Below are positions 51,192-61,038 of a stretch of DNA of 64,000 nt, piece by piece; the stretch's first letter is position 1; each line of letters opens with the position of its first letter. The notes under the pieces were generated by a model. The model saw only the letters and a list, made by a program, of their open reading frames with translations. It was not told the DNA's origin and made no database searches. The position numbers and the translations under genes were made by a program. Source of the DNA: Rugosibacter sp. (GTDB lineage: Bacteria; Pseudomonadota; Gammaproteobacteria; Burkholderiales; Rhodocyclaceae); assembly GCA_004322535.1 (NCBI GenBank), contig SCUZ01000063.1:5021-69020 (forward strand), given 5' to 3'.

Positions 51192-51805
51192 TTTTTAATA
51201 GCGACGGTATCGCCAGACTTGTTCTTCGTTTGCAATGATTTCAGCAATCCATCAATCCCTGAATTGCGCACCTCACTGGCGAAGGATTCACGATAATTCG
51301 TCACAAGGCTAATACCTGCGACTTCTATATCGTAAATTTTCCAGCCAGTAGTATCTTTTTGCAAATAGTAATCAAGCTGAATCGACTTGGCACCCGGTTG
51401 CTTGATTTCAGAGCGCACTTTGACGTCGGTTTCACCAACTTTCAGTGCCAGAGGTTTGATATCAATTGTCTGGTTCTTATATTCAGTCAGTGCTCTTGAA
51501 TAGGTACGAACCAGCAATATCTGGAATTCATTGGCTAACGCTTTCTGCTGTTCAGTACTTGCCTGGCGCCAGTCACGTCCTAATGCCAAACGGGTCATGT
51601 GTAAAAAATCAAAATTGGGCGCAATTTTTCTTTCTACCAGATCCGCCGCTTTTTTAGTGTTTCCCGACTGAATATCCTTATCGGCACGAACGATCTCCAA
51701 TACTTCGCCACTGACAGACTTAATCAGCGCATCTGGCGCCATATCATTGGCCATTACGACAGTAGCAATCAAAATACTACTGACAAACGCTACAACAGAT
51801 TTCAT
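51188..51805 (-). CDS. mlaC: Phospholipid-binding periplasmic protein MlaC (Ttg2D)
   Basis: Signal peptide, 205 aa, with ..FDFLHMTRLALGRDWRQAS.. Confidence 0.85.
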   Translation of the reverse strand: MKSVVAFVSSILIATVVMANDMAPDALIKSVSGEVLEIVRADKDIQSGNTKKAADLVERKIAPNFDFLHMTRLALGRDWRQASTEQQKALANEFQILLVRTYSRALTEYKNQTIDIKPLALKVGETDVKVRSEIKQPGAKSIQLDYYLQKDTTGWKIYDIEVAGISLVTNYRESFASEVRNSGIDGLLKSLQTKNKSGDTVAIKK

Positions 51806-51847
51806 CGGATGATCCTATACGGAAATTAATTTTTCGGAAAATCAGCT

Positions 51848-52561
51848 TTACTGACTCTCTGCTTCTCGCGGTGCATTGCCGTCATGAATCAAGCTGCGGC
51901 GACGCTGTAGATAAGCATCTCTAACATAAGAGTATTTATCCAGCGCAGCCTCTTCAATGACTTTATCAGCCGGCAACAGGTCTGCACGATCATTAACTAA
52001 ACGCACTGCGACCAAGATGTTACGCGTTGGCACATGATCCAGATTCGCAACCGGATCAGCAGCAACATCAAGCACCAATCCAACTGTATCGCGAACAGTG
52101 CGCGGTCCAAATACTGGAACAACGACATAAGCGCCGCTACCCACGCCCCAGCGGCCAAACGTCTGACCGAAGTCTTCATCATGCTTTTCCAAACCCATAT
52201 TGGACGCGACATCCAAAACACCTAACAGACCAATCGTTGAATTAACTGCTACACGACCCAAATCACTCGCACCTGCTGTCAGTTTGCCTTGCAGCAAGTT
52301 ATTCACACCCACGAACACATCAGCAACGTTGCCAAAAAAATTGGTTACCCCCGTGCGCACAGGATTCGGCAGAACCGCGTCGTAACCTTTAGCAACAGGT
52401 TTCAAGACCATCTTATCCAGTCCATCATTGAAGGAAAACACTGCCCGATTAAAACCCTCAATCGGATCTTTAGCTTCACCTGATGTGGCGCAACCTGTGG
52501 TCAACCCTGCCACTAAGAGCATCAGCGCAACAGATTTGACACGCACAGACAATGTTTTCAT
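51848..52561 (-). CDS. mlaA: Outer-membrane lipoprotein MlaA (VacJ)
   Basis: Lipobox LTTGC; DPIEGFNR.VFSFND motif. Confidence 0.88.
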   Translation of the reverse strand: MKTLSVRVKSVALMLLVAGLTTGCATSGEAKDPIEGFNRAVFSFNDGLDKMVLKPVAKGYDAVLPNPVRTGVTNFFGNVADVFVGVNNLLQGKLTAGASDLGRVAVNSTIGLLGVLDVASNMGLEKHDEDFGQTFGRWGVGSGAYVVVPVFGPRTVRDTVGLVLDVAADPVANLDHVPTRNILVAVRLVNDRADLLPADKVIEEAALDKYSYVRDAYLQRRRSLIHDGNAPREAESQ

Positions 52562-52587
52562 TTTAGTTTCCCGTAAAAAAATAATAA

Positions 52588-53067
52588 CTACTTTTTGCCG
52601 CTACCAGTGCCGTCCTCGGCTGCTTTGCTGAACATGAATTGGCTGATCAGCTTCTCAAGCACTACAGCCGATTGTGTTTTTTTAACCACATCGCCTGACT
52701 TTAACATATCGGTGTCACCACCTGGCTCAAACCCAATGTACTGCTCACCTAGCAATCCCGAGGTATTAATAGTGGCAAACGTATCACGTGGAAAGCGATA
52801 GCGGGTGTCAAGTTGCATTTTTACAACAGCCTGATAGGCCTCTGGATCAAACCGGATTTCGGAAACCCGGCCAACAACAACACCAGCACTTTTCACAGGC
52901 GCACGGACTTTGAGGCCACCAATATTGTCGAATTTGGCCTCAATCGCATAGGTTTCCCCATTCCCTGACGTGGCAAGATTTCCCACCTTCAACGCCAAAA
53001 AAAGCAACGCAGCCAATCCAAGCGCCACAAAAAAACCAACCCAAAGATCAATCGTAGTACGAGTCAT
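52588..53067 (-). CDS. mlaD: MCE-domain protein MlaD
   Basis: N-terminal TM plus an MCE domain (..GGLKVRAPVKSAGVVVGRV..). Confidence 0.9.
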   Translation of the reverse strand: MTRTTIDLWVGFFVALGLAALLFLALKVGNLATSGNGETYAIEAKFDNIGGLKVRAPVKSAGVVVGRVSEIRFDPEAYQAVVKMQLDTRYRFPRDTFATINTSGLLGEQYIGFEPGGDTDMLKSGDVVKKTQSAVVLEKLISQFMFSKAAEDGTGSGKK

Positions 53068-53068
53068 G

Positions 53069-53881
53069 TCATGCCCCTGTAAACATAAAGGCGGTAAGAA
53101 TAAAATCGGCAGCCAAAATAGCTAGCGACGACGTTACAACAGTGCGCGTAGTTGCGCGCGAAACACCTTCGGCCGTAGGATCCGCGTCATAGCCCTCAAA
53201 CACAGCAACCCAACTAACAATGACGCCAAAGACAACGCTTTTAATCACCCCATTCAGAATATCCTTCTGAAAATCAACCGATGCCTGCATTTGCGACCAG
53301 AACGAACCTTCATCGACGCCGATCAGCTTCACCCCAACCAGATAGCCACCCAAAATACCCATGGCTGAAAACAAGGCAGCCAGAAGCGGCATGGAAACCA
53401 CCCCGCCCCAGAACCGTGGAGCAACGACACGCGCTATCGGATTTACCGCCATCATCTCCATTGCAGACAATTGCTCGGTCGCCTTCATCAGGCCAATTTC
53501 TGCCGTAATCGCCGAACCTGCCCTGCTCGCAAACAGCAGCGCTGCAACAACGGGGCCCAACTCGCGCACTAGTGACAAGGCCACCAGAATACCCAGCGCT
53601 TCTGTTGAGCCATAGCGTTGCAGCGTGTCATAGCCTTGCAGTCCAAGAACCATACCGACAAACAACCCCGACACCAGAATAATGATTAGCGATAAAACAC
53701 CTGAGAAATAAACCTCACGTAGCGTCAAGTTAAGGCGCCGGAAGGCTGTTCCTGACTGCAAAAAGATAGCAACAAAAAAACGCGCTGCAAAACCCAGCCG
53801 GAAAATTCGTTTGGTGACCGTATTGCCCAGAAACTGTAAAAACTGCGCAACCTTCGATCCAGCCTTATAAACCTTATCCAC
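53069..53881 (-). CDS. mlaE: Phospholipid ABC transporter permease MlaE
   Basis: 270 aa, with ..[29 protein letters not shown]... Confidence 0.9.
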   Translation of the reverse strand: MDKVYKAGSKVAQFLQFLGNTVTKRIFRLGFAARFFVAIFLQSGTAFRRLNLTLREVYFSGVLSLIIILVSGLFVGMVLGLQGYDTLQRYGSTEALGILVALSLVRELGPVVAALLFASRAGSAITAEIGLMKATEQLSAMEMMAVNPIARVVAPRFWGGVVSMPLLAALFSAMGILGGYLVGVKLIGVDEGSFWSQMQASVDFQKDILNGVIKSVVFGVIVSWVAVFEGYDADPTAEGVSRATTRTVVTSSLAILAADFILTAFMFTGA

Positions 53882-54692
53882 GATACACCGCGCTTTCCAT
53901 CAACTGCTCGCCATAGGTTTTTTTCGCTGGATAGTGGAATGGCACAGGGCCATCTGCCTCGCCCCACACAAACTGGTGCACATAGGATGTTTTTGAGTTT
54001 TTTATCTCTTCGGCTGTTCCCTCGGCAACAATCTTCCCTTCAGAGACAAAATAGACATAATCGACAATCTTCAAGGATTCCTGCACATCATGTGTCACCA
54101 CGATGCTGCTCGCGCCTAAAGCGTCATTCAATTTGCGAATCAGCTCTCCCACGATAGATAAAGAAATGGGGTCAAGGCCGGCAAATGGTTCGTCATACAT
54201 GATGAGCATGGGATCAAGCGCTATGGCGCGCGCCAATGCGACTCGCCGCGCCATGCCACCGGAAAGCTCAGTCGGCATCAGATTGTGCGCACCGCGCAAA
54301 CCCACGGCATGCAGCTTCATCAGCACCAAATCACGAATCATCGCTTCGGGCAGATCGGTGTGCTCACGCATCTGGAAAGCAATGTTGTCGAACACCGACA
54401 TATCGGTGAACAAGGCGCCAAACTGAAACAGCATGCCCATGCGCCGACGCAGCGCATACAGCTGTTTAGCATCAAGCTCATGCACAACCTGTCCTGTCAC
54501 CTTTACAGAACCGGATGTCGGCTTGAGTTGGCCACCAATCAAGCGCAGCGTAGTGGTTTTGCCACAACCCGAACTGCCCATGATCGCAACAACCTTGCCA
54601 CGAGGAATCGTGATGTTGATTCCGCTGAGTATCGTGCGCGTATCGTAAGAGAAGTTGAGATCCCGAATTTCAACCAAGGGTTCTTGTGGCAT
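53874..54692 (-). CDS. mlaF: Phospholipid ABC transporter ATP-binding protein MlaF
   Basis: Walker [28 protein letters not shown] 54692 ([12 protein letters not shown]) matches the MlaF N-terminal length; the upstream starts at 54740 and 54803 are less likely. Confidence 0.9.
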   Translation of the reverse strand: MPQEPLVEIRDLNFSYDTRTILSGINITIPRGKVVAIMGSSGCGKTTTLRLIGGQLKPTSGSVKVTGQVVHELDAKQLYALRRRMGMLFQFGALFTDMSVFDNIAFQMREHTDLPEAMIRDLVLMKLHAVGLRGAHNLMPTELSGGMARRVALARAIALDPMLIMYDEPFAGLDPISLSIVGELIRKLNDALGASSIVVTHDVQESLKIVDYVYFVSEGKIVAEGTAEEIKNSKTSYVHQFVWGEADGPVPFHYPAKKTYGEQLMESAVYRG

Positions 54693-54871
54693 AGGATAAG
54701 TTGGGAAAAACGTGGGTTCAGGTCGCTTGAAGCGCGCCATTGTAGCAGAATCATTCTCTCGAATTAAGGCGCTCAGTCGAAGAAAAAGTAGAGTAAATAC
54801 CACTCACACAAGCCTTTGCCCCCCTGATCTTTAGCCTATGATGCCTACGATAAATAGGTATTGGACATCCT

Positions 54872-56320
54872 GTGGCCGCGCCAAAAGACAAAGCTGTCAT
54901 ATTACTCGTTGATGACGACCCGCTCATCAGTGATACCTTGGGATACTTCCTGAGCCGCGATTACACCGTCCTGACCGCAAGTCGGCGCAAAGAAGCAATC
55001 ACCCTGTTACGCCAGGCAGAGTCAGCACCCGCCGTCGCATTGATAGATCTTGGCCTGCCCCCAACGCCCCATGCCCCGGATGAAGGTTTCGCCCTGATCG
55101 CTGCAATTCTTGCGCATTCTCCTCACATCCGGATTATCGTTCTCTCTGGTCAAAGCGAAGAAGCCAACGCCCGTCATGCACGCGCCCTGGGTGCCACCGA
55201 GTTCGTTTCCAAACCAGCGAGCCCGGAAGAAATACTTAAGCTGATTCAGCATGTTCTCTCGTTCAACGACAGCGCCACCCAAATAGAAGATGGCCTTGTT
55301 GGCAACAGTACCGCGATGCAAAACCTGCGAGCGCAAATCAAACAATTTGCCCCTTCGCCTTTTCCGGTATTAATAGAGGGCGAGTCAGGCAGCGGCAAAG
55401 AACTCGTCGCCTCAGGCTTGCACCGATACGCAAAGCGCGCCAATGAACCCTACTTGACTTTGAATTGCGCCGCTATCTCGCCTAACCTGATGGAAGCTAC
55501 GTTGTTCGGGCATGGCAAAGGGGCTTTTACTGGCGCAACCGGTGCGCGCTCAGGCTATTTTGAAGATGCTGCAGGTGGCACCCTGTTTCTGGACGAAATT
55601 GGCGAGCTGCCACTCGAGCTGCAACCCAAATTATTGCGCGTGCTGGAAAACAACGAGTTTCAGCGAATTGGCGAAACACACTCCCGCCACACTGCCGCAC
55701 GCATTGTGGCTGCCACAAATCGAGATTTAAAAAAAGAAGTTCGCGAGGGGCGCTTCCGTGCCGACTTGTATCACCGGCTGTCAGTGTTCACCATTAACGT
55801 TCCGCCTGTGCGCGAACTGGGCGCTGACCGACTGCAACTGTTTGAGCACTTTCGCACGCTGTACAGCGCACAGACGGGCTTTCCCGCATTTCGGTTGAAT
55901 CAAAAAACGACAGAGCGCTTGTTGGCTTACTCGTTTCCGGGCAACGTACGTGAATTACGCAACATTGTCATTCGCCTGATCACCAAGCACGCCGGCAAAA
56001 CCCTGGCGCTGCATGAACTCGAAGCCGAGCTGGATATTGCTGGCGCGGCGAGCATTGCCGCTGTATCCGCCGTATCGCCAGCGCCGACTTTTGCTACCAG
56101 CGCCGAGCTCGTCGCGTATGCCCTGCGTGAATTAAAAACACAACATGAGTTCAGTCTTGATGCCACCTTACGACACTGGGAAGAAGCCTATATTGAAGCT
56201 GCCCGCCAATTAGCACATGACAATTTAAGTCAAGTCGCTCGTCTTTTGGGCATTAATCGCACGACACTCTATAACCGCATCGACGCGCTCGGCCGCGCCA
56301 AGCGTCCACCCTCACAGTAG
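54872..56320 (+). CDS. Sigma-54-dependent response regulator (receiver + AAA+ + Fis-type HTH)
   Basis: ILLVDDD..IDLGLPP receiver, Walker A GESGSGKE, a GAFTGA loop and a C-terminal HTH. GTG start. No histidine kinase is adjacent. Confidence 0.9.
   Translation: MAAPKDKAVILLVDDDPLISDTLGYFLSRDYTVLTASRRKEAITLLRQAESAPAVALIDLGLPPTPHAPDEGFALIAAILAHSPHIRIIVLSGQSEEANARHARALGATEFVSKPASPEEILKLIQHVLSFNDSATQIEDGLVGNSTAMQNLRAQIKQFAPSPFPVLIEGESGSGKELVASGLHRYAKRANEPYLTLNCAAISPNLMEATLFGHGKGAFTGATGARSGYFEDAAGGTLFLDEIGELPLELQPKLLRVLENNEFQRIGETHSRHTAARIVAATNRDLKKEVREGRFRADLYHRLSVFTINVPPVRELGADRLQLFEHFRTLYSAQTGFPAFRLNQKTTERLLAYSFPGNVRELRNIVIRLITKHAGKTLALHELEAELDIAGAASIAAVSAVSPAPTFATSAELVAYALRELKTQHEFSLDATLRHWEEAYIEAARQLAHDNLSQVARLLGINRTTLYNRIDALGRAKRPPSQ
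56068..56092 (-). repeat. 25-nt dispersed repeat, reverse copy, 24/25
   Basis: cgccgtatcgccagcgccgactttt. In the linker of the sigma-54 regulator (AVSPAPTF). Confidence 0.92.
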
Positions 56321-56342
56321 CGACAGGAGCTTTAACCACTCT

Positions 56343-57698
56343 ATGTATCTGGAACACTTTGGCCTCACCGAGCCCCCTTTCCGCATCACGCCGCACACGG
56401 ATTTTTTCTTTGACGGCGCGAATCGCGGTGCCACGCTGGATGCCCTCTTGTATGCCATCACCCACGACGAAGGCATCGTTAAAATCAGCGGTGAAGTCGG
56501 TAGCGGTAAAACCATGCTGTGCCGCGTGCTCATGGAACGCCTGCCTGAAAAAGTCACTATCATTTACTTGGCCAACCCTTCGTTGGCGCGCGAGGACATT
56601 CTGTACGCCATTGCTGATGAACTCCATCTACCGCTACCAGACAATGCCAGGGTCTCCCTCGTTTTGCGCACCCTGCAAGACCACCTGATCACGTCCTTCA
56701 GCGAAGGTCGCCAAGTGGTAGTGCTTATCGACGAAGCCCATGCGATGCCAGTAGAGACGCTGGAAGAAATTCGCCTGTTATCCAACCTCGAAGCGAATCG
56801 CCACAAACTGCTCCAGCTCGTGCTCTTTGGCCAGCCCGAACTGAACGATATCCTGGCCCGTCCCGATATGCGTCAGCTCAAAGAGCGCATCACCCATAAC
56901 TTTGGGCTGGAACCTCTGGTGCGTGAGGATATCGCCAGCTATCTTGATTTTCGCATGCGCGCGGCAGGCTATCGCGGCCCCAGTGTCTTTACACCAGTGG
57001 CAGTAAAAATGATCGCGCGCACCTCACATGGCCTCACCCGCCGCATCAACATCCTCGCCGATAAAGCACTGCTCGCGGCTTATGCCAAAGGCAGCCATCA
57101 GATTGGTGCAAAAGAAGCGCACGCGGCAATTCGCGATAGTGAGTTCAGCCAAGCCACCTATGCTGGCAAAAGGACACCCAAACATTTGACCCGCACGATC
57201 GCTCTCGGCGGTGCGGCCACTGCTGTCGTCGTTGCGTCGGTTGCCACCACCTGGCTGATAGCCACCACTCAGCGCCCCATCCTGCGTGCAGCTGAGCCTG
57301 TTTTGCGTTCAGCGCCGCCCGCAAGCCAAGCCTCTCGGACTACACCCGCACCTCCGGCTCCGAACAAGACACCCGTCTATCCATTAACCCAGGCACGCAT
57401 CGCTGCCGGACAGCATTGGCTTGAAAAGGCACCGAACGATCATTGGTTCATACAAATCTGGGCAACCGATGCAACGCAGCAGGAACAAGTCGAAAGTTTT
57501 TTAAATGCCGCCGCACCGCAAGCCGATTTCAACAATCTGCGCGTCTATTTTTCGCCCCTCAGCGGTCAGCCACGTTATGGCATCATCTATGGCGAATACC
57601 CAACACGCGCCACCGCGGTGGCGGCGATCAAGCAGCTACCAGATATATTGAAAAAAACCAAACCCTATGCACGCCAGGTGAGTCGCCTGCGACAATGA
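56343..57698 (+). CDS. ExeA/GspA/MshM-like AAA ATPase with a C-terminal SPOR-like peptidoglycan-binding domain
   Basis: MYLEHFGLTEPPF, Walker A GEVGSGKT, VLIDEAH, a TM segment, and the C-terminal HWFIQIWAT...YGIIYGEYPTRATA. Confidence 0.85.
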   Translation: MYLEHFGLTEPPFRITPHTDFFFDGANRGATLDALLYAITHDEGIVKISGEVGSGKTMLCRVLMERLPEKVTIIYLANPSLAREDILYAIADELHLPLPDNARVSLVLRTLQDHLITSFSEGRQVVVLIDEAHAMPVETLEEIRLLSNLEANRHKLLQLVLFGQPELNDILARPDMRQLKERITHNFGLEPLVREDIASYLDFRMRAAGYRGPSVFTPVAVKMIARTSHGLTRRINILADKALLAAYAKGSHQIGAKEAHAAIRDSEFSQATYAGKRTPKHLTRTIALGGAATAVVVASVATTWLIATTQRPILRAAEPVLRSAPPASQASRTTPAPPAPNKTPVYPLTQARIAAGQHWLEKAPNDHWFIQIWATDATQQEQVESFLNAAAPQADFNNLRVYFSPLSGQPRYGIIYGEYPTRATAVAAIKQLPDILKKTKPYARQVSRLRQ

Positions 57699-57806
57699 CA
57701 ATATGCCAAATAATGATCTCATTACTTATTAAAATCATTGAGTTAAATAAATAACATCATGTGTTATGCTAATATCCGGGTATTACTGCTTGATTGAATA
57801 GCCACT

Positions 57807-59675
57807 TTGGAGAACCCATTGCGCCCACACTTTAAACCAGCGCTCTCTGCTACGTACTTCGCCAGCCTTGTCTTCTTTTTGGCGGCCTGTAGCACCATCC
57901 AGCCACCTGCGGTTTCCAATAGTCATCTCCATGCTGAAAGCATTCCATCTGCCGCCGTCTCACGCGACATCCCAACACCTGTTGCCGCTGCCGTCACGTT
58001 GTCCCGCCCAACGGCTTCAGCCAAAACAGAAACTTACTCCGTATCCGTGCGCAATATTCCAGTGCAGGATTTACTCTTTGCTCTGTCGCGCGATGCCAAA
58101 ATTAACGTCGACGTACACCCCGGTATCAATGGCATCGTCACGATCAATGCCATAGACCAAACCTTGCAGCAAATTCTCACCCGCGTCGCCAAACAGGTGG
58201 ATATGCGTTGGGAACTTGACGGGCCGAATTTGATTGTCATGCCGGATTCACCCTTCCTGCACACTTATAAAGTCGATTACGTGAATATGTTGCGCGATGT
58301 CAGTAGTTCGGTTTCCATCAACACACAGATTGCTTCAACAAGTTCCGGGGCCAGCACGAGCACCTCCACCGGAGGAGGTAACAATTCAACCACTACGGTC
58401 ACCAGCAAAGCGCAAAACAATTTTTGGGTCTCTGTTGAAAAAAACATCAAAGACATCCTGCGCGAAACGGACAAAATTCTGCCCGAAGGCTCCAGCGAAA
58501 CCATCATCGAACACGATAATCAACAAGAAACCACAGGAACAGGCGCCTCATCAACTGGGGCAGGTAAAGGTGGTAAGGGGAATGCACCGTCGCTGGCAGG
58601 AAGCCCTAACCCTGCCAGCCTGCAAGAACAAGGTACCACTGTCGTCAAACGCACTACTTTTCGTGAGGCAGCATCTGTCATTGCCAATCCCGAAGCGGGC
58701 GTGATTGTTGTCCGCGCCACGTCTCGCCAACATGAAAAAGTACAGGAATACATTGATCAAGTCACCCGTAATGCCGGCCGCCAGGTCATCATCGAAGCGA
58801 CTATTGCTGAAGTGACACTAAACAACAATTACAAACAGGGCATCAACTGGCAAAGCCTGCGCTCACTAAGATCCCCTGGAACGGCCGGATTCTCATTGGC
58901 ACAGTCCCCAACCGGTCTAGCAAACGGCGCTGTGCCTGACTCCTTTGCCGCACCAGGCGCTTCGTTTTTACTCAACTACGTGGCGCCTGGCCTGGGCATT
59001 TCATCCACGCTGACTTTGCTGGAAACCTTTGGTAACGTCAAAGTATTGTCGAGCCCAAAAATCAGCGTGCTGAATAATCAGACAGCCATGCTGAAAGTAG
59101 TCGATAACGTGGTCTATTTTGAAGTCAAATCGGATTCCACGATCGGCCAGGTGAATACACAAAAGTCATTCACCACAACTGCTAAATCCATCGCCGTTGG
59201 CCTGGTCATGAATGTCACACCACAAATTAGCGAAGCGAACATGATTACCCTGAATGTGCGCCCCACCATCTCAAGAGTGACGGGTTTTAAAACCGATCCA
59301 AATCCGGATATTCCCTCTACCATACCTAATCGCGTGCCGGAAATACAAACCCGCGAAATGGAATCCGTATTACGCCTGGCAGATGGTGAAATCGCTGTCA
59401 TGGGCGGGCTGATGGAAGATAAAATAAATTACAATACGGATGCAGTTCCCGGGCTAGGTGGTTTGCCCGGCATAGGCAACTTCTTCCGTAGTCGAGATGA
59501 CACCAATACTAAAACCGAGCTGGTCATTTTTCTAAAGCCAACGGTCATCCGCGATGCCAGTCTGAATGGAGACTATCGTGAATTTCGGCAACAGCTTCCC
59601 AACCAGGATTTTTTCATCAACAATCCTGGCCCTGATCAAAAAATGATCGAAAGCCCCAGGACTCGCACACCATGA
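57807..59675 (+). CDS. mshL: Lipoprotein secretin (MshL-type pilus secretin)
   Basis: Lipobox FFLAAC, N0/N1-like repeats and the secretin C-domain (..VLSSPKISVLNNQTA...VPGLGGLPGIGNFF...TELVIFLKPTVI). TTG start. Confidence 0.8.
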   Translation: MENPLRPHFKPALSATYFASLVFFLAACSTIQPPAVSNSHLHAESIPSAAVSRDIPTPVAAAVTLSRPTASAKTETYSVSVRNIPVQDLLFALSRDAKINVDVHPGINGIVTINAIDQTLQQILTRVAKQVDMRWELDGPNLIVMPDSPFLHTYKVDYVNMLRDVSSSVSINTQIASTSSGASTSTSTGGGNNSTTTVTSKAQNNFWVSVEKNIKDILRETDKILPEGSSETIIEHDNQQETTGTGASSTGAGKGGKGNAPSLAGSPNPASLQEQGTTVVKRTTFREAASVIANPEAGVIVVRATSRQHEKVQEYIDQVTRNAGRQVIIEATIAEVTLNNNYKQGINWQSLRSLRSPGTAGFSLAQSPTGLANGAVPDSFAAPGASFLLNYVAPGLGISSTLTLLETFGNVKVLSSPKISVLNNQTAMLKVVDNVVYFEVKSDSTIGQVNTQKSFTTTAKSIAVGLVMNVTPQISEANMITLNVRPTISRVTGFKTDPNPDIPSTIPNRVPEIQTREMESVLRLADGEIAVMGGLMEDKINYNTDAVPGLGGLPGIGNFFRSRDDTNTKTELVIFLKPTVIRDASLNGDYREFRQQLPNQDFFINNPGPDQKMIESPRTRTP

Positions 59676-61024
59676 GCCTGCTCATGGATGCGCTCAAAAA
59701 AGCGGAATTGGCCAAGCGCGAAGGCCGCGGTGAAAGCAGCCTCAGCACTAACCGTCAGGCAACAGAAAACTCTTCTTCCAGCCTGACACTGGAACCACTC
59801 TCTGCACCCGCAGCAGACGCCGCATCACAAACCAGCACGACTGCCCAAGACAACCAATCACCCGACCCCTTACCTCAATTGCCAGTGCATCTTGAATCGC
59901 TCGATGATGCATTTCTGGCGGAAATGGAGATTGCTGCCCGACGCACACCGCCAGTGTCGGCCGGAGCAACGATCACTTCCTCAAAGCCACGCACCCAGCC
60001 TGTCACAACCCAGTCTGCGTTCAAACCTGAACCCTCCACCGCGCAAAACCTGTTCACGGCAAAGCAAGCCACCCCAGCGGTACGCAATAAGAATTTCGCC
60101 CTATTACTGGGTAGTTCGACTACGCTGGCCGTCATTGCCATCGGGATTTATTTTTGGTGGCAATTACAATCCCACGCGCCACTACCTGCTGTCAGCCTGC
60201 TGCATGAAGTCCCGCTAACCCGCTCGCCGACGCCTTCCACTGTCGCCGTCCTGCCAGCGCCGACTTTTTCTGCGTCAATACCATTGGCTAACAACGCAAC
60301 AGCAACGGACGACAATAGCGTCATCGCAAAACCCAAAAACTCTCCGCGGGCACTTGGCCAAGCATCGCAAAAATCCAGGCGCGGTACGGGTGACGCAATG
60401 AATACAGCAGATGCAACTGATGCCAATGATCCTGTCCATCTAACCAAAGCGCCGCAGCAGGTGGATCCTTCTTTGCTACGTGGCTTTGACGCATTCAATC
60501 GCGGTGACCTTGCCAGCGCACATGCCGAATACACCCGCGCCCTGCAATCTGATCCGCGCAATACCGATGCGCTGCATGGTCTGGCAGCCATTGCCCAGAA
60601 ACAGGGGCATTGGGATCAAGCCGCGTGGGACTATCAAAAAATACTCGAAGCCAATCCACAAGACGCCGTGGCACTTGCTGCACTGATTAACATCCGCAGC
60701 CAGGCGAATCCGGCAATGGCCGAGAGTCGCTTGAAAACGCTGGCTGTTGCCCAGCCAGAACTAGCCGCTCCCGCTTTTTCACTAGGCAATCTGTACGCCC
60801 GCCAAGGTCGCTGGAGCGAGGCACAGCAAGCCTACTTTCAAGCCTACAGCGCAGAGCCAAACAATCCCGACATTCTCTATAACCTCGCGATCAGTCTCGA
60901 GCACATGCGCCAAAGCAAATTAGCGGTTCAATATTATGGCCAAGCAATAGCAGCGGCAAAAACTCATCCGGCTAATTTTGACAATACGCAAGCTGCTGCA
61001 CGCATGCAGGCCTTGCAGCCTTGA
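59672..61024 (+). CDS. TPR-repeat pilus-biogenesis protein (MshN-like)
   Basis: N-terminal MSLLMDALKKAE, one TM segment and C-terminal TPR repeats. ATGA overlap with the secretin gene. Confidence 0.7.
   Translation: MSLLMDALKKAELAKREGRGESSLSTNRQATENSSSSLTLEPLSAPAADAASQTSTTAQDNQSPDPLPQLPVHLESLDDAFLAEMEIAARRTPPVSAGATITSSKPRTQPVTTQSAFKPEPSTAQNLFTAKQATPAVRNKNFALLLGSSTTLAVIAIGIYFWWQLQSHAPLPAVSLLHEVPLTRSPTPSTVAVLPAPTFSASIPLANNATATDDNSVIAKPKNSPRALGQASQKSRRGTGDAMNTADATDANDPVHLTKAPQQVDPSLLRGFDAFNRGDLASAHAEYTRALQSDPRNTDALHGLAAIAQKQGHWDQAAWDYQKILEANPQDAVALAALINIRSQANPAMAESRLKTLAVAQPELAAPAFSLGNLYARQGRWSEAQQAYFQAYSAEPNNPDILYNLAISLEHMRQSKLAVQYYGQAIAAAKTHPANFDNTQAAARMQALQP
60244..60268 (-). repeat. 25-nt dispersed repeat, reverse copy, 21/25
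   Basis: cgccgtcctgccagcgccgactttt. Inside the TPR (MshN-like) gene (AVLPAPTF). Confidence 0.75.
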
Positions 61025-61038
61025 TTACGAAATCACAC

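Noticed and set aside
54872-57698. PEP-CTERM/exosortase regulatory module, suggested by the PrsR-like receiver pattern and the ExeA-like ATPase.
   Set aside because: No exosortase, PEP-CTERM-tailed protein or EPS genes are present in the window. The adjacent secretin, GspE-type and GspF-type genes fit an MSHA-type pilus better.
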